Shown here: piece after piece, positions 12,711-24,485 of the stretch
How positions within the stretch are numbered: the stretch's first letter is position 1
How the letters are laid out: each line of letters begins with the position of its first letter
Origin: Heterodontus francisci
Lineage: Eukaryota
DNA length: 64,000 bases
Assembly (NCBI RefSeq): GCF_036365525.1
Contig: NC_090413.1
Coordinates: 26,612,262 to 26,676,261 of the forward strand
Direction of reading: 5' to 3'
Position numbers and translations under genes: made by a program
The notes under the pieces: model-generated
Seen by the model: only the letters and a program-made list of their open reading frames with translations
Database searches by the model: none
What the model was told of the DNA's origin: nothing

Positions 12711-13159
12711 TGGGGGTTTTTTTAAAGTAAAAGACAGGGTCATTGCCAGAGGTGAGGGATCTGATCCATTGTAACAAACAAGTGCTACACACCCAACATC
12801 TGAGTGAGTCATTCTCACTTTCCAGCAAATTCCATTCTATAGAATGCATTATACACAATACTTCACGTGAAAGTACAGGGAGTTTCGGTATTCTCATACA
12901 TCTGACTTTCTTCATAGTGCCCTGTCAGCATAGATAATTTATACTGAGTTCAGCCATTACGTTTTGTTAAAAGGTTATCATTTTATTGCTGACTAACCAC
13001 AATAATGTGTATTATATTCTCTGCCATTCCTTGATGCTAACTCATTGCTTTTGTAAGTCAGCAGGAGATTATTGCCACACCAATTCACTTATTTCTCAAA
13101 GTAAAATTAAATGGCTGTCTGGCGGATGTTGCTTTTAAATATTTGTCAAACTGAACTGG

Positions 13160-13697
13160 TCGCCACACTACCAGAAGGACGTGGAGGCTTTGGAGAGGGT
13201 ACAGAAGAGGTTTACCAGGATGTTCCGAAGAAGGGTCACTGACCCGAAACGTTAACTCTGCTTCTCTTTTCACAGATGCTGCCAGACCTGCTGAGTGGTT
13301 CCAGCATTTCTTGTTTTTGTTTCAGATTTCCAGCATTCGCAGTATTTTGCTTTTATTTACCAGGACGTTGCCTGGTCTGGAGGGCATTAGCTATGAGGAG
13401 AGGTTGGATAAACTCAGATTGTTTTCATTGGAACGACGGAGGTAGAGGGGCGACATGATAGAGGTTTACAAAGTTATAAGCGGCAGGTGGTGAGTGCCTG
13501 GAACTTGTTGCCGGGGGAGGTGGTGGAAGCAGGTACCATAGAGACGTTTAAGAGGCATCTTGACAAATACATGAATAGGATGGGAATAGAGGGATACGGA
13601 CCCCGGAAGTGCAGAAGGTTTTAGTTTAGGCAGGCATCAAGACCGGCGCAGGCTTGGAGGGCCAAATGGCCTGTTCCTGTGCTGTACTGTTCTTTGA
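13160..13697 (+). mobile_element. CR1-clade LINE 3' fragment containing a Penelope pLTR insertion
   Basis: WSPHY..DVEALERVQKRFTRMLPG-coding sequence and CR1 3' UTR (GGCCTGTTCCTGTGCTGTA). Confidence 0.8.
13225..13355 (+). mobile_element. Penelope-like pLTR fragment with minimal hammerhead-ribozyme-like motif; 14-bp TSD
   Basis: CCGAAGA-A-GGGTC-ACT-GACCC-GAAACGTT-AACT. Flanked by TTTACCAGGA(T/C)GTT at 13211-13224 and 13356-13369; matches the 3' end of the Penelope at 58170-58260. Confidence 0.8.
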
Positions 13698-15072
13698 ATA
13701 GCACTGCTGATCTCCTTGTCATCCAAAACTAGGGGCCATAAATGTAAAATGGTGACTAATAAATTCATTAAGGACAAACTTCCTTCACCCAGAGAGTGGT
13801 AAGAATGTGGAACTTGTTGTCACAGAGAGTAGCTGAAGTGAAGGAGGTGGTGGATAAACATGAGGGAGAAAGGAATAGGATATGTTGATAAGGTGAAATG
13901 AAGTAGGGTGGAAACTTATGTGGAGCCTAAACACCACCATGCACTAGTTGGGCCAAATGGTCTGTTTCTGCAATGCACATTCTATGTAACATAAATGTAC
14001 TAAACTAGTTCCCCACATTTACTTTACATGAACAGGCAGGCTCAACTAGGTGGTGCATTAGAAGAAAGCAATGCTGTTGGTTCGCTGAATGTCAGCCAAT
14101 TTACATCGAGGAGTGCAGCCAAGAGCAAACTGTGTGTGTCATCGCCACAACCCTGTAATGGAAATCACCCTTCAAATCTCTGAAAAGGGTGATGGAAGCA
14201 GATTCAATCGTAACTTTCTAAGTGGAATTGGATAAATACTTGAAAGAAAAATTTGCATGCCTGTGTGGAACTAATTGGGTAGCTCAGAGGTGGCAGACAT
14301 GATGGGCCATCTCTTGTGCTATGCAATTTTATGATTCTATCCCTCAAAGGTAGTATTCGCCTTTCTTTTGGCTTTATGTGGCATTCCTCTTAGACTCTCC
14401 CAGTTACTTTTTCTTTTCTCAGCCCTCACTGGCACAGGAAGAAACAGACCTTGAAACACACCATGTCGATGACTGAACATAAACTTTTATGTACTTTAAT
14501 TCCAAGTCTCTGCTCGATAGCTACTATTGGTGAAGCATTCCACTATTCAATAAACCAACTTTGAAAAATATTTCTTCCAACTTTCCCCACTTGTTCTGTT
14601 GATTATGCACTGATTGTAATCCTGTTCATCACACTGTTCGGGCAGTCTGAGAGAGACCAACGATACAGGGATATATCTGAAGTTTCTGTGGGCCATTTGT
14701 TTCAGATGTTAGGCTGGATATCAGCCTACCTTTGTATCGGCTCATAGAAGGAATTAAAAGCTTTTTCATTAAAAAAAAAACTTCTAAAGCATATTTAGGG
14801 GCGAGCTTACAGAATAAAATGCACCACCTGAATTCTGCCTGTTACACTGCATTAAAGTGCCCACTATACAGTAGTTCATTTTGTATAGATGATCTTTTTC
14901 CAACTTGCCCCCACTTTAAACAAGGCAAGTGTCCGCAGACAGATCTGAAAACACTAACATTCGACTGCTGGCATTGAACAGAGCAGCTTATTTCAAGGAG
15001 GTTCATATAATAGAGTATCAATGCAGTCTTGTCTGTCAAACATTACAATTCCTGGATAACGTTCAGTCAACA

Positions 15073-15412
15073 GGGCGGCACAGTGGTTAGCACCGCAGCC
15101 TCACAGCTCCAGCGACCCGGGTTCAAATCTGGGTACTGCCTGTGTGGAGTTTGCAAGTTCTCCCTGTGTCTGCGTGGGTTTCCTCCGGGTGCTCCAGTTT
15201 CCTCCCACATGCCAAAGACTTGCAGGGTGATAGGTTAATTGGCCATTATAAATTGCCCTAGTATAGGTAGGTGGTAGGGAAATATAGGAACAGGTGGGGA
15301 TGTGGTAGGAATATGGAATTAGTGTAGGATTAGTGTAAATGGGTGGTTGATGGTCGGCACAGACTCGGTGGGCCGAAGGGCCTGTTTCAGTGCTGTATCT
15401 CTAAAAAAAAAA
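15073..15412 (+). mobile_element. HE1-type V-SINE (tRNA head, V domain, CR1 tail)
   Basis: GGGCGGCACAGTGGTTAGCAC head, V-domain GTGTGGAGTTTGCAAGTTCTCCCTGTG, tail GGCCTGTTTCAGTGCTGTATCTCTAAA; near-TSD CAG(T/A)CAACA. Confidence 0.9.
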
Positions 15413-16184
15413 CAGACAACACAAAATAAAGCGGCTGTAGTTCGTGTTTAGAATCTACTCTTAAAATTTATTAAAATAGATAAGGAAGGAATTAGAAGGA
15501 TTCGATTAGTACACGTGGTAGAATGGAAGGATGTACAGTCTCTCTCTTCTACATTGGAAGAAATTATCACTATTTTTAAAAAAGGCCATGAACACATGGG
15601 ATGCATGACAGGATCCCCTTGTTCTGACAAAGTACACAGAATTGTACTGGTTACATGAATCCCTCTTAACACCACTACTGCCAGATGTGAACTTGTGCAG
15701 AAAAAACATTGAGTCAACTTCTGCTAGCACAAATAGTTCAGGATGAACAAGAGGTTAGAGAAACATAACTTTTAAAGTAGTTATTTCCAGTTACATTGAT
15801 TTTGTCGTCTATCCAGAGTTGCCAAGAGATGATAATAGTGGACCTCCTGCTAAGCTTCCTTGGGCACGTATGTTGTGAGAGACTTTCAGTTGGATATGCA
15901 AGATCACATGATGCTACACACAGGAGAGTGGAGCAGTTGTCCTGGTCAACAAATCTCTCAAAATACCTCTTCCCTCACCACCCCTTAAAACAAATTATCT
16001 GGTCATTTGCCTCATATCTATTTTTGAGATCTTGCTACTTATAAATTGGCAGCCATGTTTCCCTTCAATTCTTCCTTTCGTTAGAAAAAAACCTTAATGA
16101 AAACCAAGAAATTGTAGCATTCTTTGCATTGTAAAGAAACAAAAACATCTAGCATTTGTATAACACCTTTAATGTAGCTTATAT

Positions 16185-16680
16185 CTTGAGGTCAGAAGCT
16201 GGGTATTCTGTAGTGGGTAACTCAAACATTTCATAATCTTTCCACTACCTACAAATCAGGAGTGAAGGAATACTCTCCACTTGCTTGGATGGATGCAGCT
16301 TCACCACCACTCAAAAAGTTCCCACTTCCTCCAACAGTGACACACCATGCCTGCAGTGCATACCATTTACAAGATGCACTGCAGCAACTCGCCAAGTCTC
16401 CTTCGACATCACGTCCCAAACCCACAGCCTCCACCCCTTAGAAGGACAAGGGCAGCAAGTGCATAGGAACACCAACTCCAAGTTACACACCATCTTGACT
16501 TGGAAATATATCACTGTTCCTTCTTGGTTGCTGGCTCCAAAATCCTGAAACTTCCTCCCTAACAGCACTGTGGGAGCACATTCACTACACTGACTGCAGC
16601 GATTCAAGAAAGCAGTTCACAACCACCTTCTCGAGAGCAAATAGAGATGAGCAATAAATGTTGGGCTTGCCAGCGTGTCC
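16185..16680 (+). mobile_element. Decayed 3' fragment of the LINE family seen at 35131-38277
   Basis: Shares TACCAT.TACAAGATGCACTGCAGCAAC and the GCAATAAATG.TGG.CTTGCCAGC 3' end. Confidence 0.7.
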
Positions 16681-16782
16681 AAGAGTTTCCCCACCCTCCC
16701 AAAAGGTAAACCCATTTTTGATTCAGAGCTTTGGTACAGGTCTGCAAAATCAGTACAATATTGAGAAAATGAAGAAAAATGA

Positions 16783-16788
16783 TTTATT
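16783..16788 (-). terminator. Candidate DNAJB1 polyadenylation signal AATAAA
   Basis: AATAAA on the minus strand ~375 nt downstream of the stop codon, at the end of the unique 3' UTR before repeats resume. Confidence 0.55.
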
Positions 16789-17162
16789 GTTTTAACAAAG
16801 AGGTAATGAGCCACATTACAGACAGACAATATTTGAATAGAATGGCCAATACTATTTATGCATCGCATATTATTTTTGGTTACAAATGGGTGCATTATTT
16901 ACACTGAACAACAGAGCATACAGGGTTGAACAGTTGGTGCTGCAGTGTTCTGAAGGTAGTCTGTATACCAACAGTTCCCAATTATGTAAAGACTGGAATA
17001 TATATTTTTTAAAAAGCCCATTAAGCAACTTGCTCAATAGTAAGTGTCCAAGTTGGGGTGGCTACTTTAAGACCACAGCCTAGCAGTTACAGTCCACTAC
17101 AATACAATTTCTTTCCTTTCCCCACCCACACAATCACTGGACTCCCAAGATTTCCATAACAG

Positions 17163-17393
17163 TTACAGTGGCAGGAGTTCCTTGAGTTTTTCCTTTGTTG
17201 CGTTTGATAGAGATTCTGGAAAACGCACGTGAAACTCGATTACCAAATCACCACGGCGGTCTGGTTGCTTTGGCAGTGGCAATCCTTCAGCTGATATCCT
17301 TCTCTGTGAGCCTGCCTGAATGACATCCTTGAATGCCATCATATGGGTTTTCTTATCCAATGTCGGTATAGATAATGTGCAACCGCATAATGC
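17163..17393 (-). CDS. DNAJB1: DnaJ homolog subfamily B member 1 (Hsp40), coding exon 3 (C-terminal domain, stop)
   Basis: ALCGCTLSIPTLDKKTHMMAFKDVIQAGSQRRISAEGLPLPKQPDRRGDLVIEFHVRFPESL...LLPL*; acceptor cctag|GCA; 231 nt. Confidence 0.93.
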   Translation of the reverse strand, partial: ALCGCTLSIPTLDKKTHMMAFKDVIQAGSQRRISAEGLPLPKQPDRRGDLVIEFHVRFPESLSNATKEKLKELLPL

Positions 17394-17999
17394 CTAGGTA
17401 GCAAAAGGAACAGATGTGTTAGTAGACCTAGCTGCCATCACAGAAGCATGTAGGAATAGCCTCAACAACTTGCATTTATATAACTCAGCCAACGGAGTAA
17501 GACATCCTAAAGTGCTTCACTGGAGCATGTTCAGACAAACATTTGAGAGTTTACCCAAGGTGATATTAGAACAGGTGACCAAAAGCTCGATCAAAAGATA
17601 TATTTTAAGAAACATCTTAAAAGGGAGGGTGAGGTGGAGAAGCAGAGAGATTTAGGGAGGGAATTCCAGAGCTTAGAGCCAAGGCAACTAAAGGCGTGGC
17701 CACCAATGGTTGAGCGATAAAAATCAGGGATGCATAAGAGGCCAGAATTGGAGGAGCGCAGATAAAATGACTAAAATGTCATTTTAAAATAAAAATCATA
17801 GAATACAGCACAGGAGGCCACCATTCGGCCCATCGTGTATGTGCTAGCATCCAATTAGTCCCACTAAGCCTCCTCCCTCACCCTGCCCACCGCCCAAGAA
17901 ATTGTGACCTTTTTAAGTAGAGATCCAATTCCCTCTTGAATGTTACTATGGAATCTGCTTCCACCCCCCTTTCAGGCAGTGCATTCCAGATCACAACAT

Positions 18000-18333
18000 A
18001 GAGTCATAGAGCAATACAGCACTGAAACAGGCCCTTCGGCCCACCGAGTCTGTGCCGACCAACAACCACCCATTTATACTAATCTGACATGAATCCCAAA
18101 TTCCCTACCATATCCCCACCATTCTCCTCCCACCTACCTACACTAGGGGCAATTTACAATGGCCAATTTACCCATCAACCTGCAAGTCTTTGGCCGTGGG
18201 AGGAAACCGGAGCACCCAGCGGAAACACACGCGGTCACAGGGAGAACTTGCAAACTCCACACAGGCAGTACCCAGAATCGAACCCGGGTCGCTGGAGCTG
18301 TGAGGCTGCGGTGCTAACCACTGCGCCACCCCT
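18000..18333 (-). mobile_element. HE1-type V-SINE in the DNAJB1 intron between coding exons 2 and 3
   Basis: Reverse complement of the same head, V domain and tail as 15073-15412; nested in a CR1 fragment. Confidence 0.9.
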
Positions 18334-18651
18334 TGAAATTTCCTCCTTTCATGTTTCATCAAAAAAATTCTTATCTCCCTATCTGTTTATTTTACCAATT
18401 TTAAATGTATCCTTTGGTTACCTCCAGCGTAAACAGCTTCTCATTTCTTACCCTACCAAAAGTGGTAAGTTTTGAAAACCTCTTAAAATACCCTTAACCT
18501 TCTCTACTCTAAAGAGAGCAATCCCAGCTTCTCTAGTTTCGCCACAGAACAGATAACCTTTCATTCCTGGAACCATTGTAGTAAAACTCTTCTGCACTCT
18601 CTCCACAGCCTTCACATCTACACCACTTAAACAAATCAAATGAGCACTTGC

Positions 18652-19250
18652 CTCTCGGAGGCTGATCTTTGCTTGGTAGATGATATCGGACCCACTCCGC
18701 TTAAAGATTGGATGTGGCTTGTCCTTTAGGACGAAAATGATATCTGCTGGAATGTTGTTGGCAGTTTCATCCCCTTCCTTGGGGAAGGTGATCTTCGTAC
18801 CTTCTTTCCAACCCTTCTTGATTTCGATGGTGAGGATGGTGTCCTCCTGTCTCGACGTACGCCGGTCGGGGTTCAGCCGCTTCCGCCGGATCTTCATCTT
18901 CTTGGTGCAGCCGATAAAAATTTCTTCCAGGGAAACTTTCAGCTCATGAGTGACGGGAGGGTCCTGCTTTTTGGCAGACCCCCGCGGTCGGTGAAACCCA
19001 GACACACCACCCATGTTGCCCATACCTCCCATGTTGCCCATACCTCCCATGCCGCCCATGCTAAATCCACTGAAAGAGCTCAGGGGATCATCGTCGATCT
19101 CCATGTCTTCCTCGCCATTTCTTTGTCCAAAGAACATATCGAATGGATTCCTCCCGCCAAAAAATTCGGCAAACACAGCGTGTGGATCTCCATGGAATGT
19201 GTACTGGAAGTTGGTGCCATTGGGACCAGCAGATCCACCACCTTTTAACC
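18652..19250 (-). CDS. DNAJB1: DNAJB1 coding exon 2 (G/F region, G/M repeat, CTD)
   Basis: GLKGG...YTFHGDPHAVFAEFFGGRNPFDMFFGQRNGEE...KKQDPPVTHELKVSLEEI...KISLRE; FAEFFGGRNPF/QRNGEE favour DNAJB1 over DNAJB4/5. Acceptor tctcag|GG, GC-type donor GAG|gcaagt; 599 nt. Confidence 0.95.
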
Positions 19251-21566
19251 CTGAGAGAGAGGGGGAAAACAATGGGATTAGTTTGGAAAAACAATGAGAA
19301 TTAACAGTGATATTTTTCAGCTACCAAAACGGTGAATTCGCTGATCCCGACAAGACCAACAAGAGCACACGGGAGAGATCAAGTTTCAATACTGAATGTC
19401 CAACTGCAGGCTCCGTGAGGGGGCAGGGAAGGGAAATGCAAAGTTGTTAAATTGTCAGATAAAATATGGGGTTCAACCGTTACTTCCCAAAGAAACAGCA
19501 TTTATTTATTTAGAGTCTTTAATGAAGGGAAACATCCCAAGGCATTTCACAGGAAGTGAATATTAATCCTGGCTCACAGGAGATATCAGGGTGGGTGACG
19601 AAAAGCTTGGTTTAAGGCGCAACTTAGCAGTGAAGGTAATCAGGGATGTGCAAGTGGCCAGAACTGGAGGAACACAAGAGTCCTTGGAAGATCGTAAAAT
19701 GGAAGCTGGGCTGCTCAGGGGTGATGTCAGGAAGCACTTCTTCACACAAAGGGTAGTGGAAATCTGGAACTCTCTCCGCCCACAGAAAGCTATTGAGGCT
19801 GCCGGGGTGGGTCAACTGAAAAAAAAAAACTGATCGATAGACTTTTGTTAGGAATATGAAACCAAGGCAGGTAAATGAAGTCAAGATATAGATCAGCCAC
19901 AAGCTAATTGAATGACAGAACAGGCTTGAGGGACTGGGGGCTGAATGGCCTCATATTGCTCCCATGTTCCCAAGTGGCTGCTATTAGCATGCAGACTCGA
20001 GATGAATGTTGTCCCATGTCAGGTGCAATACACACTGAACGTACAGACGACTTCTTGGTAGTTTCACATGCTTTGACTTATGAAAGGAGGGAGCTCGAGT
20101 GAAACAAGACTTCACATCCAAGCGATACGAGTTACGATAACAATATTACTGTAGCAGGATGGAAATTATTCACACATTCAGCTGATATCAACTAGAACCT
20201 TCCCGGAAATCATTTTCTTTTTGTTCCCAAGTGCTGACCAGTACAGGACAAAATGGATTCATCAGCATCCAACAATGATCATTCAGAGAGAGGCTCATGC
20301 GGATAAAGCTGGTGGATAACTCTGGTAGCCGAGTGGGTCAATACAATGCTTGTGGAGCTAGAAGGTCAGAGAGCAGGAAAGTTACAGGTTTGATTTCAGG
20401 TCAGTGCTAAGTTAGCCAATCTCAGCCAGGGCAACATTAAGAGCTCTGCTATTGGTTTCAGCCATTCTAGCACTGGGAAGAGAGTCAAAGAAAGAACTTG
20501 CATTTATATAGCACCTTTCACACCCTCAGGACATCCTGAAGTGCTTTACAGCCAATTGTAGCTGAATGCACAGCTGCCAACGGTGGAGCCATGAAAAATA
20601 TCGGGGATGTACGAGATGTCAGAATTGGAGGAACACAGGGGGTTGGAGGGCTGGAGCAGATTACAGCGATAGGGAAGGGTGAGGCCATAGAGGGATAAGA
20701 ACAGAAGGATGAGAATTTTAAAATCCACTTGTGTTGGACCAGGACCAGCAAGCACAGGGATGATGGGTGAGCAAAACTTTGTGCAAGTTAGGATACAGTG
20801 AGAAACATTTCACTCCAATTGTTCGGGACGAGAAGATTTAAGCCCAGTCCTTTATTAGAAGACTTTTACTCAAGTATAGCTGGTAACCTGCTTTTACCAG
20901 AGTAAATGCTTTATTACTGAATTCAGCCCCAAGAAGAAAGTTACGTCTGTTCATTGACCCAGAGGATTTCTGTTTATTTGCCACTTGGTTTGCATTTTAA
21001 TTCAGCTCTGCAGTGAATCACTATCTTCAGCCAGCTCTGTCAACATACAATGTCTAACAAACTCAAAAGTAGCAATTAAAAGTGACAAATAAAGCCTTTT
21101 ATCACTATTTTGGGTTACAAAGTGTATGGATGCAATTCTTCAGTGGTACTAAACTTAATAAAAACGTACACATCCATTATTTTGAAAGCCGTAGCAAAGT
21201 TCGAGATGGAAATATCTAACAGCTCATTCCTGTTGCTAAGACAGCACAATTACCGCAGTTAGTTTCCATGCTGGCTTCCTCACAATATCCCAAGAAAGGG
21301 GTGGCTTCAATCCAGAATGGGGACAGAACATATCCTCCCTAATCAGAAGAGGGACTATAACTGGAAGCCACAAGATAATTGTGAATGAGGAAAGATATTT
21401 TGCCCATCTTCAATTACTCATCCAGAAATAGATACCCCAACAGTGCTATTCCTCCCCTCCACTGCAGCATCTAATAGTTTTAGTTTTACAGCTCCACTAC
21501 TCTATCTGGCAGTCCATTCTAAGTGTTATCTACTTTGTGTGAAGGAGAACCACTCTATCACACATT

Positions 21567-21985
21567 AAGAAGGTTGTAGGTACAAGTCCCATTCTAGAGA
21601 CTCAAAATCTAGGCCGACACTCCCAGTGCAGTACTGAGGGAACACTGCAGTGTCTATTGTGCCTTTTTTTTTTGGATGAGACGTTAAACCCTGCCCGGCC
21701 TGTCAGGTGGACGTAAAAGATTCCATAATGCTATTTTAAAGAGGAGCATGGAAATTCTCCCCATGTCCCGGCCAATATTTATCCCTCAACCAACATCCCT
21801 AAAACTGATGATCTGTTCATGATCACATTTCTGTTTGTGGGAGCTTGCTGTGTGCAATTTGGCTACAATGTTCCTACATTCCAACAGTGACTACACTTCA
21901 AAAAAAAAGTACTTCATTGACTGTACTTTGAGACATCCTGAGGTTGTTAAAAAAAAATACAAAGAGAAATGCAAGTCTTCCTTTC
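21567..21985 (+). mobile_element. DeuSINE (SacSINE1-like)
   Basis: Deu domain (GCAGTACTGAGGGAA...GGATGAGACGTTAAACC...GTCAGGTGGACGTAAAAGAT...GGCCAATATTTATCCCTCAA) and AAATGCAAGTCTT tail. Confidence 0.8.
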
Positions 21986-22386
21986 TTTAAAAGCTTATGG
22001 CAATTTCTTTCATTGTGAACCTCTTTATTTTGTGTGAGTTAATGTCTGCAAACGGTGTTAAGCACTCAAATGTCAAACAATATTAACTCCAGGATAGTCT
22101 GTAATACCCAGTAAATTCTTCTTTACAATAGGAGCACAGAGCATAGTAAAGTACCAAGATTTTTTTTAAAGAATCAAAAAGGAGTTCATCTTAGTTGGTA
22201 CCTTCAATATGCAGTACAGCATTACACTGGGGTAGGAAATTCTCATATCATGACCACTCAAACTAGATTGATTTATGCAACGTCTACAGCACAGGAACAG
22301 GCCATTCAACCCAACTGGTCCCTGACGTCGTTTATGATCCACACGAGCCTCCTCCCACCCCTCCTCAACTCACCCTATCAAGATAT

Positions 22387-22716
22387 GGGCAGCACAGTGG
22401 CGCAGTGGTTAGCACCGCAGCCTCATAGCTCCAGCGACCTGGGTTCGGTTCTGGGTACTGCCTGTGCAGAGTTTGCAAGTTCTCCCTGTGACCGCGTGGG
22501 TTTCCGTCGGGTGCTCCGGTTTCCTCCCACAGCCAAAGACTTGCAGGTTGATAGGTAATTGGCCATTGTAAATTGCCCCTAGTGTAGGTAGGTGGTAGGA
22601 GAATGGTGGGGATGTGGTAGGAATATGGGATTAATGTAGGATTAGTATAAAACGGGTGGTTGTTTGTTGGCACAGACTCGGTGAGTCGAAGGGCCTGTAT
22701 CTCTAAAATAAAATAA
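22387..22716 (+). mobile_element. HE1-type V-SINE in the DNAJB1 intron between coding exons 1 and 2
   Basis: Full tRNA head, V domain and (TAAAA)n tail; inserted into an antisense CR1 3' fragment (~22280-23100). Confidence 0.9.
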
Positions 22717-23611
22717 ATATCCTTCTATTCCTTTCGCCCTCATGTGTTTATCTAGCTTCTCCTTAAATGCATCTATACTATTCACCAACTACTCCCTGTG
22801 GTAGCGAGCTCCACATTCTCACCACTCTCTGGGTAAAGATGTTTCTCTTGAATTCCCCAATGGATTTCTTAGTGACTATCTTATATTTATGGCCCCTAGT
22901 TTTGGTCTCCCAAGTAGAAACACCTTCTCTACATCTACCCTATCAAACCCTTTATTGTCCTCTATCATGTCAACCCTTTAGCCTTCTCTTTCCTAGTGGA
23001 GAGAGCACCAGCCTGTTCTTCTATTACTGATAAGTACAACCTCTTAGTTCTGATATCATCCTTATGAATCTTCTTTGTACCTTATCCAGTGCCTCTCTAT
23101 CTTGTTTTGGAATAAACCCAGATTCTGTCCTTCCAAATAGGGGTTACATGTAGAGTATTTAAGCTGTCTAACAATGGGGTGAAGTGCAGGTCTAGCATTG
23201 GTGACGGGTACACTTTAAAGCTTCCAAGCTTTTTGTTCTCATGTGTCAATAGGCATGGACTATAAATCCACATTCCCAGTAATGTGCCACTGATACCAAC
23301 TGATTTAGGATCCATCCATCAATGAGGCAATAACACTAAAACCAGCCTCCCCCGCCAAAGGTAATAGGTAAATCCCTCCTCCCTCACCTCAAATCTCCAA
23401 CTACAAATTCAGGACAGACAAATTAGGTATTAAAATAACAGACGCACAAACAGGTCTGGGTAAAGTCACCAGATGTCCCAATTTGCATATTGCTCATGGT
23501 TTGAGCACTCCAGCTTTTTCAGAATCATACAAGTGTGATATTTCACAAAGCACGTTGATACCTGGTACAGACAATGAGATTTCAGATTAAATCTCCATTT
23601 TCCTTTCTTAC

Positions 23612-23822
23612 CTTCCTCTCCAAATTGGTCGTAGATTTCCCGTTTCTTGGGGTCGCTCAGTACATCATATGCCTCAGCAATTTCCTTGAACTTATCCTCT
23701 GCATCTGGAGATTTGTTTTTGTCAGGATGGTATTTAAGGGCTAGTTTCCTATATGCTTTCTTGATATCTTCTTCTGCTGTTCCTTTATTAATGCCCAGGA
23801 TTTTATAATAATCCTTCCCCAT
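23612..23822 (-). CDS. DNAJB1: DNAJB1 coding exon 1 (J-domain with HPD)
   Basis: [10 protein letters not shown]...KYHPDKNK...IYDQFGEEG; 211 nt, donor G|gtaaga. ATG preceded by 7 nt and a splice acceptor (tttttatag|, exon starts 23829). Spliced CDS is 1041 nt = 346 aa. Confidence 0.96.
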
Positions 23823-24044
23823 TTTATACCTATAAAAAGGTAGGAAAAAGAGATCACATGAAATTGGTTGAGCATTCAAAGCTCACTCTCAGCACTACAG
23901 GAATATACCATTCACTTCTCTCCTCCACCAAGGCAGCCAAAGACAATGAGGTATTTTTCCACTAATCACCCACTTGCACCCTGGTCAATGTAGCATTCTC
24001 TTCACACGCAAGCCTAGACTGAGTGTTGTTAGGTAGGTCTCAAC

Positions 24045-24485
24045 TGTGGCTCTGTGGGTAGCACTCCCATCTGAGTTACTAGGTCACGGGTTCAAGCCCC
24101 ACTTCCCAGACTTGAGCCTGTGATCTAGGCTGAGGCTCCAGTGCAGCACTGAGGTACTGACGGGGATGCTGTCTTTCCAATGAGACGTTAAACCAAGAGC
24201 TTATCTTCCCTCTCAGGTAAGTGTAGAAGATCTCAGTCGCTATTTTGAAGAACAGCAGGGGACTACTTCTGGCCAATATTTATCCCTCGATCAACATCAC
24301 TAAAAAAAAAAACCGGATGATTTAGTGAAAATCATATCGCTGTTTATGGGAGATTGCTGTATGCAAATTGACTGCCACATTTCCTAATTTATAACTGACT
24401 ACAGGTCAAAAATGTTTAATTTTACTGGAAAGTGCTTTGGGACATCTTGGGGTCCTGCAAGGTGCTACAGAAATGCAAGTCTCTT
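24045..24485 (+). mobile_element. DeuSINE (SacSINE1-like), near full length
   Basis: TGTGGCTCTGTGGGTAGCACTC head, GGGTTCAAGCCCC B-box, Deu domain and L2-type tail. Confidence 0.8.

Noticed and set aside
15073-15140. tRNA genes at SINE and LINE heads (also 3437, 22387, 24045, 38230)
   Set aside because: They run directly into SINE or LINE bodies and do not form complete cloverleaves.
17163-23822. Assignment as DNAJB4 or DNAJB5, with GIPC2 as neighbour
   Set aside because: FAEFFGGRNPF/QRNGEE and the [20 protein letters not shown] motifs fit DNAJB1 and GIPC1 better, and C19orf67 is adjacent.
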